DNA from: a virus
Taxonomy: Duplodnaviria > Heunggongvirae > Uroviricota > Caudoviricetes
DNA length: 8,155 bases
Reading direction: 5' to 3' (one strand)
IMG/VR virus record: IMGVR_UViG_2671180254_000007
Shown here: positions 7,085-8,155 of the stretch, piece after piece
Position numbering within the stretch: the stretch's first letter is position 1
How the letters are laid out: each line of letters opens with the position of its first letter
Position numbers and translations under genes: made by a program
Notes under the pieces: generated by a model
What the model was told of the DNA's origin: nothing
The model's database searches: none
The model's input: only the letters and a program-made list of their open reading frames with translations

Positions 7085-7375
7085 AGCCTGCTTCTCCTTG
7101 CCTTTCGGCACGTAAGAGGCTAACCTAGATTTGCCGTTCATAGATTGAGCCTCAGATTAATGTTAAGCGTCTTGCCGGACGCGTAATGTTAACTGGGGCT
7201 TTTCTCTATCTGCCTTTTGGTGTTCATGCCTGAGACAGATAGCCTCAAGCACCCGCTGCAATTCTACTTAACTCTCCTTTTCCCGCAAACCGTTTTTATC
7301 CCCAGCGGCAAATCGAATACACCACCAGCGCCACCGCCATCGCAATTCCTACCGTTGTTAATGCTTCAGGCCAGG

Positions 7376-7720
7376 TCATCGTAAAATATCCTCCACGCTT
7401 ATCAGTCCGTTCCGCTCCAGATAACTCATCGCCTTATCCGGTAATTTGCAGTCTGGCTTCGCTTTCCTCAGTTGCCAGGTTAACTGCTTTACCAGCATGG
7501 TTAACTCATCGACCAGACGCTGATATCCCACTGGTTTGTATTCATGCAATTTACCGGCTGGCTCTGCTGCCAGCGATACCAGTGCGATTTCCAGAACAGC
7601 AATATCCATCTTATATGTGCGGATGATGTCATGGTCGATTGTGCCCGGTATGCACAGTCTCTGTGCTTCAATAGTCTCCTCTGCGTGAGCTATTAACTGC
7701 TCTCTGGTAAAAGTCGTCAT
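7376..7720 (-). CDS. Hypothetical protein (114 aa), paralogous to the upstream 55-aa ORF
   Basis: ATG overlaps the stop of the upstream ORF (ATGA). N-terminus MTTFTREQL resembles MTTITKERI of the neighbour, and both share an IAL.SL.AEP segment. No family recognised. Confidence 0.6.
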   Translation of the reverse strand: MTTFTREQLIAHAEETIEAQRLCIPGTIDHDIIRTYKMDIAVLEIALVSLAAEPAGKLHEYKPVGYQRLVDELTMLVKQLTWQLRKAKPDCKLPDKAMSYLERNGLISVEDILR

Positions 7721-7884
7721 GCCGTAGCCCCTTCTTGATATTTTTCAAACCAGAACACAACCGGCTCTGCTTCCAGCGATGCCAGCGCAATCCGTGCCAG
7801 TTCCATTTGTTCACCACGGGTAAGCCCGTTTTCAAGCGGGTTTTTAATGAACAATTCAATACGTTCTTTGGTAATAGTGGTCAT
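7717..7884 (-). CDS. Hypothetical protein (55 aa), absent from the ORF track (<60 aa)
   Basis: Hand translation: [55 protein letters not shown]; GGAG 6 nt upstream of the ATG at 7884; stop overlaps the next start. Confidence 0.55.
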   Translation of the reverse strand: MTTITKERIELFIKNPLENGLTRGEQMELARIALASLEAEPVVFWFEKYQEGATA

Positions 7885-7894
7885 GTGTTACTCC

Positions 7895-8125
7895 TTAACC
7901 CGCAGTGCTTTCAACTGATGAGGGGAACAAAATCTTTTCATCAAACCCTGCATTCATATCATGAACAGCAACACACCAATCCATCGACGAACGATTATCA
8001 AGAGCCTCCATGATTTCATCCATGCGGCGTAGGTCATACAGGTAAATGCTTTTATCGCCAATGGTGTAAAAGCCAATTTTTTTCGGTGATGGATGAGGTG
8101 TACTGGCAATAGCGGACACTACCAT
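7895..8125 (-). CDS. Hypothetical protein, probably the C-terminal part of a gene that starts beyond the window
   Basis: 76-aa ORF with no RBS before its ATG; the frame remains open upstream to the window edge (inside the inverted repeat); its stop immediately precedes the RBS of the 55-aa ORF. Confidence 0.4.
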   Translation of the reverse strand: MVVSAIASTPHPSPKKIGFYTIGDKSIYLYDLRRMDEIMEALDNRSSMDWCVAVHDMNAGFDEKILFPSSVESTAG

Positions 8126-8154
8126 TTGTTCTTTTTTTAAGCAGCCATCTGATG
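8094..8154. repeat. Right copy of the perfect 61-bp terminal inverted repeat
   Basis: Reverse complement of 1..61. Confidence 0.9.
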
Positions 8155-8155
8155 A

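Noticed and set aside
7085-7375. relB/relE antitoxin-toxin pair upstream of hokD, as in E. coli K-12
   Set aside because: Neither upstream protein resembles RelB or RelE as I recall them; the locus has a different gene pair.
7668-8013. ORFs 7668..7859 (-) and 7735..8013 (+)
   Set aside because: They overlap the better-supported 55-aa and 114-aa genes (RBS, coupling, paralogy); products are Trp/Arg-rich shadow-frame-like.
1-8155. CRISPR array, insertion sequence/transposase, integrase or attachment site
   Set aside because: No direct-repeat/spacer periodicity, no transposase- or integrase-like ORF; the only long repeat is the terminal inverted pair, which lacks an associated transposase.

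Overview
This window reads as the nin/Q/late-leader segment of a lambdoid prophage from an enterobacterium (E. coli/Shigella-like), with almost every credible gene on the minus strand. In transcription order (high to low coordinate): a partial small ORF, two tandem paralogous small genes (55 and 114 aa) with overlapping stop/start, a HokD-type toxin, an intrinsic terminator, a rem-like small gene with a possible frameshift, a DUF968 protein, RusA, antiterminator Q, a pR'-like promoter and tR'-like terminator, a small putative DNA-binding ORF, an orphan beta-class N6-adenine DNA methyltransferase, three tRNAs (Ile-CAU, Arg-UCG, Arg-UCU), then an AT-rich cargo region containing two N-masked blocks and a truncated DUF1737-like gene. 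The window is bounded by a perfect 61-bp inverted repeat. Nothing here can be proven novel without database searches; the best candidates for follow-up are the paralogous gene pair upstream of hok, the methyltransferase module, the cargo region, and the terminal repeat junction. All protein identifications are from my reading of the translated ORFs and recalled family sequences, not from searches.
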